In this document: piece by piece, positions 1-12,361 of the stretch
How the letters are laid out: every line of letters begins with the position of its first letter
Position numbering within the stretch: the stretch's first letter is position 1
Assembly: GCA_030390025.1 (NCBI GenBank)
Contig: CM059432.1
Location: 114,950,001-115,014,000, forward strand
Direction: 5' to 3'
DNA from: Squalus acanthias
Lineage: Eukaryota
Length of the DNA stretch: 64,000 bases
Position numbers and translations under genes: made by a program
The notes under the pieces: model-generated
Told to the model about the DNA's origin: nothing
What the model saw: the letters and a program-made list of their open reading frames with translations, nothing else
Database searches by the model: none

Positions 1-2564
1 GTTCCGGCCAAACTGGAGATCGCGCGGACCGAGTTTGCCACCATGGAACAGCTCGGCATCATCCGCCGCTCCAACACTCCCCACTCCACATCGCCCCCAA
101 ACCAGGCGGAGGTTGGCGCCCCTGCCGGGATTACCGCCGCCTCAATGACGCCACCACCCCTGATCGGTACCCCGTGCCGCACATTCAGGACTTCTCGGCT
201 AGACTGGCCGGCCGCTCAGTCTTTTCCAAGGTCGGCCTGGTGCGCGGCTACCACCAAGTCCCCGTCCACCCCGCAGACGTCCCCAAGACGGCCGTAATCA
301 CCCCCTTCGGCCTGTTCGAGTTCCTGCGGATGCCCTTCGGCCTCAAAAACGCGGCCCAGGCATTCCAACGGCTCATGGACTCGGTCCTTCGGGACCTGAA
401 GTTCCTGTTCGTCTACCTGGACGACATCCTGGTAGCCAGTTCCTCCAAGCAGGAACACCTCGAACACCTTCGCATCCTGTTCGGGCGCCTCAGCGACCAC
501 GGGCTCATCCTCAGCCCAGCCAAATGCCAGTTCGGCCTGGACAAGATCGACTTCCTCGGCCACCACATCACCCATGCTGGGGCCATTCCCCTGCCCACCA
601 AGGTGCAGGCCGTCCAACAATTTCCCCGCCCCACCACCATCAAAGGCCTCCAGGAGTTCCTCGGGATGGTGAATTTCTATAACCGCTTCATTCCCAAAGC
701 GGCGTCCCTCATGAGGCCCCTGTATTAATCCCTCCGGGGCAGGAGCGGCAAGATGGCGGTCGAATGGACGGCAGACGCGTCCGCCGCCTTCGATTCCACC
801 AAGACCGCGCTCGCCAACGCCACCCTGCTCGCGCACCCACGGCCCAATGCCAGGGTAGCGCTCACCACGGACGCCTCCGACCACGCGGTCGGCGCCGTGT
901 ATGAGCAGTGGGTCGACGGCGCCTGGCAACCACTTGCCTTCTTCAGCCGCCAACTACGCCCCCCGGAGGTCAAGTACAGCACCTTCGACCGCGAGCTCCT
1001 CGCGCTGTTCCTGGCGGTCCGCCATTTCCGGTTTTTGCTTGAGGGCCACCCCTTCACTGCGTTTGTCGACCACAAGCCCCTGACATTCGCAATGGCAAAG
1101 ACAACCGACCCCTGGTCCGCCAGGCAGCAGCGCAAGCTCGCGGCTGTGTCCGAGTTCACCACGGACATCCAACACGTCTCCGGCCGAGACAATGTGGTAG
1201 CCGACTGCCTCTCCCGCCCCAACATCCATGCCGCACACCTAGCAGTCGACTACGCTCAACTCGCAGCAGACCAGATCACCGACCCTGATCTGCTCTCCGC
1301 ACCCACCAACATACCAGGGCTACGCCTGGCCGACGTCGCCTGTGGCCCGACCGCAGTCACGGTCAAGTGCGACATATCCCTATGTCAACCTCGGCCCGTC
1401 GTCCCAGCGTCCTGGCGCCGCCAGGTATTCGACATTCTCCACAACCTCTCCCACCCCGGCGCCCGCGCATCCATCAAATTGGTAGCCAACCGCTTTGTCT
1501 GGCGCGGCCTTCGCAAGGATGTGCGTACTTGGGCCAACTCCTGCCTAGCCTGCCAACGGGCCAAGGTACAGCAACACACGAAAGCACCCCTCGAGGAGTT
1601 TACCGTCCCCTCGCGGAGATTCGACCACATCCACGTGGACATCGTCGGGCCCCTGCCACCGTCGCAAGGCCACACGCACTTGCTGACCATCGTTGACCGC
1701 ACCACACGCTGGCCTGAGGCAATTCCACTGACCTCTACCACCACCGCCGACATCGCCAGAGCCTTCGTCAGCACCTGGGTCGCACGGTTCGGCGTCCCCT
1801 CCGACATGACGTCGGACAGAGGTCCGCAATTTACCTCTGAACTCTGGACCGCCGTCGCACGCAATCTCGGGGTGACCATTCACCGCATCACAGCATACCA
1901 CCCCCAAGCCAACGGACTGTGTGAGCGGTTCCACAGATCCTTGAAGGCATCTCTTCGAGCCAGCCTCCAAGACGGCGCCTGGACCGACCGACTTCCGTGG
2001 GTCCTCCTCGGCCTGCGCACCGCAGTTAAAGAAGACCTCCACGCATCGGCAGCAGAGCTCGTGTACGGTCAGCCGCTGCGCGTACCCGGCGAGTTCCTGC
2101 CCACCGCCACGACACCCTGGTCAGCCGACCAGCAACGCCACAACTTCGCCTCACCGGCGCTGCAGTTCACCCCGGTGCCCATTGCCCGACACGGCGAATC
2201 CATCTCACACGTCACACGAAGCCTGCACCAGGCACGGTTTGTTTTCATCCGGCACAACGCCCACCGCAGACCCCTTCAACCCCCGTACGACGGGCCCTAC
2301 AAGGTGCTACAGGCTGGGGACAAATTTTTCACCCTGCAAGTGGGCGACAGGACCGAAAAAGTGTCGGTTGACCGACTCAAGCCAGCACACTCGGAGCCCG
2401 GTGAGCAGGTCCCTGTAGCTCGTCCACCTCCACACGGCCGACCTGCCCTCAAGCCGGTTCACCCGGCTGCTCCACGCCCGGCCGTTCCACGTCCACCGGC
2501 GTCCTACAAGAGCCGCTCCGGCCGGCCCATCAGACCGCCGCACCGTCTCATCCACACCTCCTAA
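1..2564 (+). pseudogene. pol: Gypsy pol (RT, RNase H, integrase) with a frameshifting deletion near 76-80 and an in-frame TAA at 726-728
   Basis: RT motifs WRPCRDYRRLN, MPFGLKNA, YLDD; RNase H TDAS...DRELLA...DHKPL; HHCC zinc finger; DDE core (DIVG, SDRG, ERFH); GPY/F motif PPYDGPY; ORFs 174-728 and 753-2564 share a frame. Confidence 0.95.
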
Positions 2565-2582
2565 GCGGATTCTGGGGGGAGC

Positions 2583-2822
2583 TGTGTGGCGGATCGCCAC
2601 CTAAAACGGGCATAATCCACTCTTCCGTCTGTGGACAAATTTCCAGCACCTTCCCCTTTAAGGCACCTTACCTGTAAGGCAGAAGGGGGCGGGGCCTCAG
2701 GTTTTACCCAGAGAATTCTGGGAGCTATTGAGTCTGCCATTTTGACCATGCTGTGATTAAAAAGTCTCTTGTTTAACACAAATGGATTCAGCCTTAATTC
2801 GTGTTTCGCGGCAGCCTCAACA
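2583..2822 (+). repeat. 3' LTR of the Gypsy element (about 240 bp)
   Basis: Begins TGTGTGG right after the PPT, has ATTAAA near 2756, ends ...CTCAACA where AT-rich host DNA resumes; no second LTR in the window to confirm the ends. Confidence 0.7.
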
Positions 2823-3137
2823 CTGTACCCAATAAATCCAATGCCAAACGCTTTTGTTTTCCCAGTAATTTAGTGCCCTGCATTTACAATTCATGTACTT
2901 ATATGTATGAATGACTTTTTAAAGTAGGCTGCCCTTATTCAAAAATGCCACTTGGCTTTGAAAGTCGTATGCAGAGAGAGGGTGGACTAATTTACTTTTA
3001 ATCCAAATTAGTTCTGCCTTAAAAGTGCAGTTCCCCTTCTATTCTCCTCACTCTGCCTTTTGTGGAGACTAATACCCCAATTAGCTTGCAGGGTTATTTC
3101 TGATATTGATCAACCCTAAAAAGCAAACACAGTGATA

Positions 3138-3473
3138 CAGGTTGAGCGTCCAAAATCCAGAGTTCCGGAATCTGGAATGTTCCGGAATCTGGACTCCGGG
3201 ACGATTGGTGGCAGGGTCGTCCGGAATCCGTAAAATGTTCCGGAATCCGGACACCCTGAGGGAGGCTTACCAAAAACCGGAAATATCGCAACCTGGGCCC
3301 AGGCATTTCCGGACTCGGAACGTGTTTCTGATGTCTGAAGTCCGGATATATCGCAACCTGGGCTCGGGCGTTTCCGGACTTCGGACATCAGGAACACGTT
3401 CCGAAGTCCGGAAAAACACGAAAACCGGCTCGGCCTCGGTCCCGAGGTTGCCGGATTCGGGACGCTCAACCTG
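3138..3473. mobile_element. Tc1/mariner (pogo/Tigger-like) MITE
   Basis: TIRs CAGGTTGAGCGTCC / GGACGCTCAACCTG, TA on both sides; repeated internal TCCGGA motifs. Confidence 0.9.
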
Positions 3474-4111
3474 TACCAATTTTGCCAGAGGGACCAAAAG
3501 CCCTCTTGAGGGTGTACATTAGCCTGGAATCTGCAATCGCTGGGCTCCATTGGTGGCAAATATAAATGGTGGCCATTGGCGGCATGTAGGTCTCACCCAT
3601 TTTAGGCTTGCCTGCTCTGGTGGGGTGCCTGTACAGGCAATCAATGCACTTTTGACACTGCTAGCATATTTGGCCTTACCACCAAATCAGGGAAAGTCTC
3701 AGACAGGATGGCAGAGCCACAACTGCAATTCTGCATTAACTGCACTTGTGAGAACATTGTATTTTTTATAGTTGCTTCAAAATTACACAGTATAAGCAAA
3801 ACAGTTTTGGCAGGAGGAATACAGTTTATATTACAAACAGAAGCAGTTCTATAATATAAATGGGATGTTAAACAAATTAATGGGGTAAATAATGGAATGA
3901 AACTCAAGAACTATGGGGTACTTGCATCTACAAAGTAACCACACTGTACGACAATTTCACACATTAGAAATAATGGTGGCCTCTGTTAATTGATTTCATA
4001 TGTACACTGTAGCCTTATGTGTTTGACATTTAAACTATTTGTTTGCAAACCATTTGTGCAACCATAAATTTAAAGAATTATTTATGTGGAAGGCCTAAAT
4101 AAAATGACTCG

Positions 4112-4971
4112 GGCCTAGAAATTCAGGTGGTTTGCGCCACCCGTTAGCGCCATGAAATGGTGAAAAAACAGCGGCCGACATTCTACCGCCAGCTGGTGGC
4201 GGGTCCCGTGGAGGCCGCCATTTTCGGCAGGTCAGTAGCGCTGCCGTTACCTGCTATCGACGAGAATATTTTAATGAGGTGGAGCGAAACGTCAATCAGC
4301 GTTCAATGCCAAGTCAATGCCAGCTCATCCATTTTGGAGTTCTCCACTCGCATTGCCGCCTGCGCTAAATCACGCCAGTATCTGCTGCCACTAAAAGCTC
4401 TTTCAGCAGCGTTAACGGCCATGAGGAGTTTGGCAGGACTTATGAGGATGGACACCGGAAATTCAAATTTCATTTTTTGCCCATCAGTGGCAGGGGTGGT
4501 GGGGGGGGTGGTGGCGGGAGGAGGAGGAGGTGGGTTGCATCTCCTCTGGCAGCTTTCCGGGAGGCCTACAGTGTTTGTGGGTCAGTAAATCAATGGGTGA
4601 ACTCCATTGCAACAAGTGAAGATGATTTGTGAAAGGATCTCTTTTATCTGCATTCATGTCATAAACAAACAAAAAAAATCGACAAACATCGGGCGGCAGC
4701 TAATATTTTTGGAGCACGTACAGCAACTGTTCGCGTTACTCCTTTCTTTCCCGTTCCCCTACACTGCAAGTGGGAGACAAAGGCGACCTTTGGCCTCCTT
4801 CTGAGATTAGTGCGCAAAGAGCTCAGTGCACGAGAAACTCACCACCACGCTGATGTCAATGAGCAGTCACTTCCAAAATTCCGGTATTGCCTGCGCTCTC
4901 TCAGCCGAAGGCGGTTATCCTTGGCCACCAATGTTACCGGCAGGTTTCCAGCATTCCCCAATTTCTAGGCC
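4112..4971. mobile_element. Non-autonomous PIF/Harbinger element
   Basis: TIRs GGCCTAGAAATT / AATTTCTAGGCC, 3-bp TSD TCG; TIR matches the element at 12898-16546. Confidence 0.85.
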
Positions 4972-6825
4972 TCGGAATTTTAGTGGAGAAGTGCCACAAC
5001 CGCCAAGTGGGTAATTTTTTTTTTTAAACTTGCATGGAAATTGATGTTAAAAATGAACAGAGATGCTTGCCTGTCTACAGAAAAAGTATCAAGTTACTGG
5101 AGCTATCTTTGGACTGTCAGTTGTTAATGCCACACTACTGTCCAAATAGCCTTAAGTGCAGATACTTATCACACAAACATGAAAGCTGCACATTAACTTA
5201 ATGCAGTCAATAAGTTAAGAAGCATGATCAGATTTGTAGTTGAAATTATTCTAAACTTACTGCCAGTGAGGGATGATGACCTACTTAACCTTTGCTAATG
5301 AATGTGACGTTACATACCTGTGGCAACCAAAATGGAAACCAAAAGGAAAATGTAAAGATAACAATGTTTTTCTTAAGTTAAACTATTTGTTCACATCAAA
5401 AAACTCATCAAGTCTATTTTGTATAAACAATTTCCCATACAGCACAAGCAGCATTCATAAAATCTTATTTAATCTGTTGTTAATATCAATTTTTGAAGTC
5501 ATAAATGCACATGAAAAAAGTCTGGTGTTTCTATTCCTCAACTACACTTTAAATTGTATAAATTGTTTTGTGGCTATCTGGCATCTGCAGCAGTCCTTCT
5601 ATAGTTCCAGTTCATGTGCGATCTAAAGGAATTAATGGAATAATGTTCTTCTTGTCTTCACAGATGAATATTTTCATCATTCGGCAGTCATCAAGCCCAA
5701 CAGAATCCTGAATCCTCGGAGGTTGTGCCACCTGGGATCTGCTTCTGTACAGTGCTGCAGAGTGGTACAAAGTCCCTCCACTTGTTGCCAAATCTCTTTA
5801 TTCTGTACAAGCTGGAAGGGTTCAACAAGAAGACATGGGGCATCAGGCACTTGAAAGACAAATCATGGTTCAGCAGCAGTCACTACCATCCTAGTGTCTG
5901 TCGGTCAAGGGTACGCATCTGCTGAAGCAAATCACTGAAAAAGTCCAAGCCAAAGTGCAGAGTGGTAACACCTGGACAGATACTGGCATGATCACTTGAT
6001 ATTATATCTTGTAAATGGGCTGATAGAGCAGATTCGCTCTCCATTCAATAAACCCACCAACCCTTGTCCATGTTCTTCCAGGATGTTTTAAGATTGCCAT
6101 TTAAGACATCTTAAGGCCATTCTGTAGGAGTACTGAGGTCAGGACCTCGAGTTATTCTATGGATGAGGTTGCTTCCAGTGCAAAGTACAACGGTGTAAAC
6201 AATCCTGCTAGTGATGGGCGCGCCCAAAGGTCGCAGCCAGTAATGTGTAAATCTGTGAATACAGCAGTGACATTCTTAGAACACAAATCATGATAAAATA
6301 CTAAATATTAATGAAACAAAAATATATATTTTTACTGCATTCTTTATTTACAAATACTATTCAAGATTATAATGAAGGTAACTACTGCAATGTATATTGG
6401 TTTTACAGTAGAAGTGAAAAGTTATATTACCTATAACATTCATGTGATCCTTGCAGTCGGGAGGTTTATTTTTATTTCTTCTGTCTCTGGTATCTTCGGT
6501 GTCCTCTTCATGCAAGTTTTTCAATCCCATTTCATATCTGGATTTGAAGCCTTTAGCCAGTTCATGTACTTGAGTTCAACTGTTGCAGATGCTGGACTCT
6601 TTTGCCAAGTGTCATTAATATATTTATGTAGAGGGTGCTTGTTTTGTGCCAGTTCCAACAGAGAAATTATTTCTTCCATGTTAATGGTGCATTTCTATCC
6701 ACTTCCAATGTATCCATTCAGAATAATGCATTATTCTAATAAAGTTCATTGCGCCATGTAAAAATTGGACGATACAACAAATTCTTTCCGATGCTTTTTC
6801 TTAAAAAAAACCTGAACTATATTAG

Positions 6826-6878
6826 AAAGGCAAAATACTGCCGATTCTGGAAATTTCCAGCATTTTCTGTTTATATTT
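6826..6878. mobile_element. 53-bp insertion, probably a Penelope-like terminal relic
   Basis: Flanked by a 14-bp direct repeat ctgaactatattag / ctgaaccatattag; insert gcaaaatactgccgattctggaaatttccagcattttctg resembles Penelope terminal repeats as I recall them. Confidence 0.55.
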
Positions 6879-7281
6879 CTGAACCATATTAGTTTCAGTC
6901 TACTGGTATTAATAGGACCTGATTCAAATGTAACTTATACTGCTGGTGGATTATGCCATGTAATGTTCAGAATATGCAATGTGACATAAATTAATTGGAT
7001 CTGCCTCCCAAAAAATAGCCTTTTAGTCCAAGCCTACATCATAATTTTAGAACCAGCATTAATACCACTCAAAGCAACCATTTTCCAGTGTTGGTAGACT
7101 GGCGTAAAAAACAGAAAAAGTCCAAATATCACTCCCTTAATACTTTGAGTTTCTTCATTGCATATATTTTTTTGACCCTTGTATATGTTATAGATTCCTG
7201 AACCAAAACAACTGGATCCAGAATCTGTCCATAGTTTTCATCTGTGAAGACTTCCATACGCAGTAGTATTTTAAGAAATAA

Positions 7282-7419
7282 GGCATGAATTTCCGCGGAG
7301 GTTTTCCATATCCTCTTCCTCTTACCTTTGGCGGAAGGGCTGTGGAAACCTAGAAATACTTGTTAATTCCGTTTTTCCAAGGTTTCTGTGGCTTCTGCCA
7401 AAGTAACGGAGATTTACCC
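7282..7419. mobile_element. Small palindromic Harbinger-type MITE
   Basis: TAA TSD on both sides; imperfect GG...CC TIRs; internal inverted repeat ttacctttggcggaag...cttctgccaaagtaa. Confidence 0.6.
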
Positions 7420-8785
7420 TAAAATGCTTAAAAATGGACTGAAGAAGTCAACTGAAAACAAAAGCAGTACCACAGAAATTGCAACCTTGATAAAAATGGT
7501 TATTACCACAGTAAGATACAAATTTGTGTAATTCATGGGGAGTCCAAACCACACACAATTTATTTTACAGTTAAACTTTCTGAGCATTCAATATTGTTAA
7601 GTTTAATAAACCTGTAACTGTAAATTTGTAGCTGTGACTATTCTCAATTTATAATGGAACATAACAAACACTTGGTAGTTCAACATAGCATTCGTTTAGA
7701 AACAGTACACTGACTGGTTGATAAACATATTTCATATTTTAGTGGAAGTACGGCTTTATCTTTCCGAATCTAAAAACTGAATTAAGGCTAGTTTGAGGTG
7801 GTGGGCTTGCAGTCACTTGCAATTGGATTGAGAGTGCCCAAACCTGTTTCACGTTGGACCCTCACTTTACAAAGACTGCTGTGCATAAGTGTAAGGGGCT
7901 GTTAGCAGGTATGAAAACTGATGATGTATTCAATCTGAGCTCAATTGGAATACCCGCAGATGAAAGGACAGTACCCCGTATAATTTGGATTTAATACTTC
8001 TTTGTACAAACTTTACTTAATACTGAAGTTAACTTTTGTTGCAGCTGTCACCATTCCTTTATTCTGCGCTAGTCAGCACATTGTTATAATCCACATCAGC
8101 ATCTTTGGGGCAGTGAACACTGCGCAGATATATTATCCATGTAATTTTTAAGCAACAATGGATAACACACTCCTTAACAGTTTTTGGCTATTCATGTAGT
8201 GTTTAATCAGTGTCAAGGTAAGAATGAATCACCCTAGCAAAATATACATTGTCTATTTCTTCTTCCAAATCACAAGTCTGTGCACATCTTCTTGACCAAT
8301 ATCCATAAGTTGGAGCATATAAGCTGGAGAAGCTCCACAACTTCGTACTTAAGGCCAAGTAAATGGCCTTTACAAAGTATTTACAGCACAGAAACAGGCC
8401 ATTCTGCCCAATTGGTCCATGCCCATGTTTATGCTCCACACGAGTCTCCTCCCACCCCTCTTCATCTAACCCCATCAATATATCCTTCTATTCCTTTCTC
8501 CCTCGTGCTTATTTAGGTTCTCCTTAAATGCATCTATGCTATTCACCTCAACCACTCCATGTGGTAGCGAGTTCTAACCACTCTCTGGATAAAGAAGTTT
8601 CTCCTGAGTTCCCTATTGGATTTATTAGTGACAATCTTATATTTATGGCCCCTAGTTCTGGCCTCACCCACAAGTGGAAACAACTTCTCTACATCTGTCC
8701 TATCAAACCCTTTCATAATCTTAAAGACCTCTATCAGGTCACCCCTCAATCTTCTCTTTTCTAGAGAAAAGAGACCCAGTCTGTG

Positions 8786-10150
8786 TAGGCCACCATTTAC
8801 TTTCTAAATGGTGAAAAGCTAAAAATAGTGGATGTCCAAAGAGACTTGGGGGTTCAGATACATAGATCATTAAAATGTCATGAACAGATACAGAAAATAA
8901 TCAAAAAGGCTAATGGAATGCTGGCTTTTATATCTACAGGACTAGAATACAAGTGGGTAGAAGTTATGCTGCAGCTATACAAAACCCTGGTTAGACCACA
9001 CCTGGAGTACTGTGAGCAATTCTGGGCATCACACCTTAGGAAGGATATATTGGCCTTGGAGGGAGTGCAGTGTAGGTTTACCAGAATGATACTCGGACTT
9101 CAAGGGTTAAGTTACGAGGAGAGATTACACAAATTAGGGTTGTATTCCCTAGAATTTGGAAGGTTAAGGGGTGATCTGATCGAAGTTTTCAGGATATTAA
9201 GGGTAACAGATAGGGTAGATAGAGAGAAACTATTTCCGCTGGTTGGAGAGTCTAGGACAAGGGGGCATAGTCTAAAAATTAGAGCCAGACCTTTCAGGAG
9301 TGAAATTAGGAAATACTTCTACACATAAAGGGTGGTAGAAGTTTGGAACTCTCTTCCACAAACGGCAATTGATGCGAGATCAATTGTTAATTTTAAATCG
9401 GATATTGATAGCTTTTTGTTAACCAAAGGTATTAAGGGATATGGGCCAAAGGCGGGTATATGGGGCTAAAAATTCGGTGCCTTAGTGCCTCCGGGCGCGA
9501 TAACAGGGCGCTAAGGTCTTACCGCCCGGGCGCAGCGATGTTACTGCCGCCTGTGAAGGTCACCTGCCGGTTTGCGGCGGCAGTAACCCCTATCACTACG
9601 CCCGCCTGCGGCCGGAGATCGTGACATCATCTGGCCGTGCATCGCCCCGGTAGCGCCCCGTACCCAAAATTCATTTCCGCCCCCTGAAGCATCTCCGGGC
9701 GAAAACAATGCCAGCTTCAGGGGACGTGCACTCTGAGTGAGTGCCGGGCTGATTGCGTGGGTTCGCCGCTCCCTTGGTAGTCCAGGTAGGTGCTCTTCTG
9801 CAGAGCCTGCAGTGATGGCCCTTCCCTTTAAGCAAGGGAAGGAGCCTTCCAACGCGGCAGCGCTGCACGGCCCAGTGTGCAGCGCAGCAGAACTCACCGC
9901 CCCGCCTGCTGCCGATCGCACTCCAAGAGGGAAGTGGAGCGTTTCATTTAGCGCTCCACCTCCCCCTTGGAGCGAGAAAACCAATTTTTTTTTAAAAGTT
10001 AGAAAAACATAGCACCTGGCGCTAATTTTCCAAAATTTTAAAAGTCCCAATTTCACCCCCATGGAGTTAGAGCGCAGATCAGACATGATCTCATTGAATG
10101 GCGGAACAGGCTCAAGGGGCTGAATGGCCGACTCCTGTTCCTATGTTCCT
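8786..10150 (+). mobile_element. 5'-truncated CR1 LINE nested in the minus-strand CR1; itself contains a MITE
   Basis: ORF 8828-9328 (RDLGV, LVRPHLEYC, RLRGDLIEVF); tail ...gaatggccgactcctgttcctatgttcct. Confidence 0.9.
9463..10060. mobile_element. GC-rich Harbinger-type MITE in a CR1 3' UTR
   Basis: Imperfect TIRs GGGCTAAAAATT / AATTTCACCCCC, TSD ATG; CR1 sequence rejoins across it; homologous to 37810-38522. Confidence 0.8.
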
Positions 10151-11493
10151 GTTCAATCTTTCTTATTAGGTATAACCTCTCAGTTCTGGTATCATTCTAG
10201 TAAATCTTTTTTAAACCTTCGCAAGTGCCTCTATGTCCTTTTTATAATATGGTGACCAGAACTGTTCACAGTACTCCACGTGTGGTCTAACCAAGGTTCT
10301 ATACAAGTTTAATATAACTTCCCTGCTTTTCAATTCTATCCCTCTAGAACTTAACCACAGTGCTTTGTTTGCTTTTTTTATGGCCTTATTAACCCGTGTT
10401 GCTACTTTTAGTGATTTGTGTATCTGTAACCCCCAGATCCCTGTTCCTCAACCCCATTTAGACACTTATTTTCCAAGGAGTATGTAACCTCCTTATTCTT
10501 CCAACCAAAATGTACCAACATCACACGTGTCTATAGTGAAGTTCATTTGCCAACTGCACGCCCATTCTGCAAGTTTATTAATGTTTTCTTGTATTTTGTT
10601 GCAGTCTTCCTTAGTATTAACTACATCCCCCAATTTGGCGTCATCCACAAATTTTGAAATTGTACTTCTGATTCCAGAGTCCAAATCGTTTATGTAAATG
10701 ATGAACAGCAGTGGTCCCAGCACCGATCACTGTGTTACACCACTTCCCACCATTGGCGAGACAGTGTGCACTCCTCCTGTAAACAAGTGAAAAGCAGTTT
10801 CACAAGCTTCTTGTTGCCCCTTTACACATGCACAGCAGTTTTTGTGTTAAGTATTTTTTAATTTATAGAATTAGGCATCTGGTACCGCAGGGGGTAAATC
10901 TATTGCCTGCCAATGGAAAAAAAATAAAACTCCCGATTACCAAGTACGAAGTAACACCTATCACCTCAGCCAGAAGCCTAATAAGTATAGAGAGCGTTGA
11001 ATATAGTACATTCATAGAAGAATGTTAAAGACATGGGCACACCCAAGAGGCTAAGTTCAGATCATGTGGAACAATAGCTGAGGAGGTGGGTTGCAATTCT
11101 TTCCTTGGGCAAATGACATTGAATTTAAGGCCTATAAAGTCACCAAAACAAAACACAGGATTTAATGGGATAAGTGGAAAACAGCACAGATTCCTGTCAA
11201 TTTATTCCATTAAAAACTTGCATGTGGAAACTGCCTATGTAAAATTTATCACAGTATTTACACCGCCCAGTGGAGACATACAGCATCATCTGTATTCTGT
11301 TCCTCCAGAAATGAACCCCAACATGGACAGGATGGTGTAATTACAGCATGACAAGTATACATAGGCAGTTTCCATTATAAATGTGGACAGAGAAATGTAT
11401 TATGAAAATGTAAAAATAAGGACAGAATGTATGCCTTTGAATTATGTCTGTGCGCCCTGGTCTAATTATCCTTCGCCCTCATCCCTACTTTAC

Positions 11494-11614
11494 CTGAAGG
11501 CTACAATTAGTCTTGATTTCTCCTGTGCAATGCCACAGGAGATCGACGAGCATGTTATAAAGCTGTCGATTTAGTTCTCACATTTACTCAGCCTTCTCCA
11601 TGCAGTTTAAAAAG
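11494..11614 (-). pseudogene. Candidate decayed exon
   Basis: Minus-strand acceptor gtttatcttcag and donor cag|gtaaag; stops in all three frames. Confidence 0.25.
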
Positions 11615-12138
11615 CTGAAGATAAACATATTCTAACATACTTACTAATCATTATGAATAACACTGTATTATAGTAACAGTACACACCACAATAAAGGACT
11701 GTTCTCAGTTTTACTAAATTAAACACTTGCACGTCACAAACAAATGTACACATCTGGCTGTACTATTGTTTTGCGAACTGCCAGTGAGTTTACTGATCTG
11801 TTGCAGCCCTTTCCTTTTGATATCTAAAACCACATGAAAAATTAATCTTGGCACATCTGTGATGTAGCCATGTCAATCATCACTGTAAGAGCTTTTGATT
11901 ATCCAAAAAAAATCTGCTTTGGAACCAATCAAGAATCCACACCACCAAAATGGACAGAGGAGGTTTTAAGGGCAGGTTTCTTTGAGAGAAATAAGATATG
12001 GAAAAGATGGAGTGTACAGAAAAAAATGAAATTAATGTGGAAACAATATAAAGAGAGGATAATGGGTTTCCTCATCCTTAAGTATCTAGTGAAATTTGAT
12101 GCCAGTTCCGTAAGGATCTATATAGCACACCACTCTAT

Positions 12139-12361
12139 GGGCTGATATTTAGGGGGAGGCAGGGAAGGTACAAGTGATGCCGACCTTAACGGTAAGAGCT
12201 CATTAACATTTTCTACCTCCGTTTCCCACTCGGCAGCTGGCCAAATGGACAGCCTGGACAGCAGGAGGGAACACCGGCGACAGGAGGCCGCAGGCAGGGA
12301 ACCTTGGGGGTGGTCCCTGGCAATCGGGAGGTCAGAGAGGCCCACAATGGGGGCTGGGCAT
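12139..12361. mobile_element. Left part of a Harbinger-type MITE split by a CR1 insertion
   Basis: Starts GGGCTGATATTTA, GC-rich, ends abruptly at a CR1 tail; matching end at 20016. Confidence 0.55.

Larger units (their letters stand above)
1..2822 (+). mobile_element. Ty3/Gypsy LTR retrotransposon, 3' portion (pol, PPT, 3' LTR); 5' part lies outside the window
   Basis: Domain order RT-RNaseH-integrase; purine tract GGGGGGAG just after the pol stop, followed by a TG...CA-bounded segment. Confidence 0.95.
5600..7451 (-). pseudogene. Candidate decayed exons of a host gene (7451-6431 and 6252-~5600)
   Basis: Minus-strand acceptor tgcttttgttttcag (7452-7453), donor gtaat (6430), acceptor tattcacag (6253-6254); removing the 7282-7419 MITE gives an open ~60-codon frame DFFSPFLSILFLKILLRMEVFTDENYGQILDPVVLVQESITY...; many stops downstream. 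Confidence 0.35.
8372..10750 (-). mobile_element. CR1 LINE 3' fragment, interrupted at ~8786-10150 by another CR1
   Basis: Minus ORFs MLGPLLFIIYINDLD...SKFVDD (10493-10723) and MRGDLIEVFKIMKG...RRNFFIQRVV (8543-8749); CR1 3' stem-loop near 8375-8430. Confidence 0.9.

Noticed and set aside
216..2600. Long antisense ORFs over Gypsy pol
   Set aside because: Shadow ORFs expected from GC-rich coding sequence
5660..6252. Selenoprotein with several in-frame TGA codons
   Set aside because: A TAA lies in the same frame, there is no recognisable selenoprotein motif or SECIS, and CpG decay explains the TGAs
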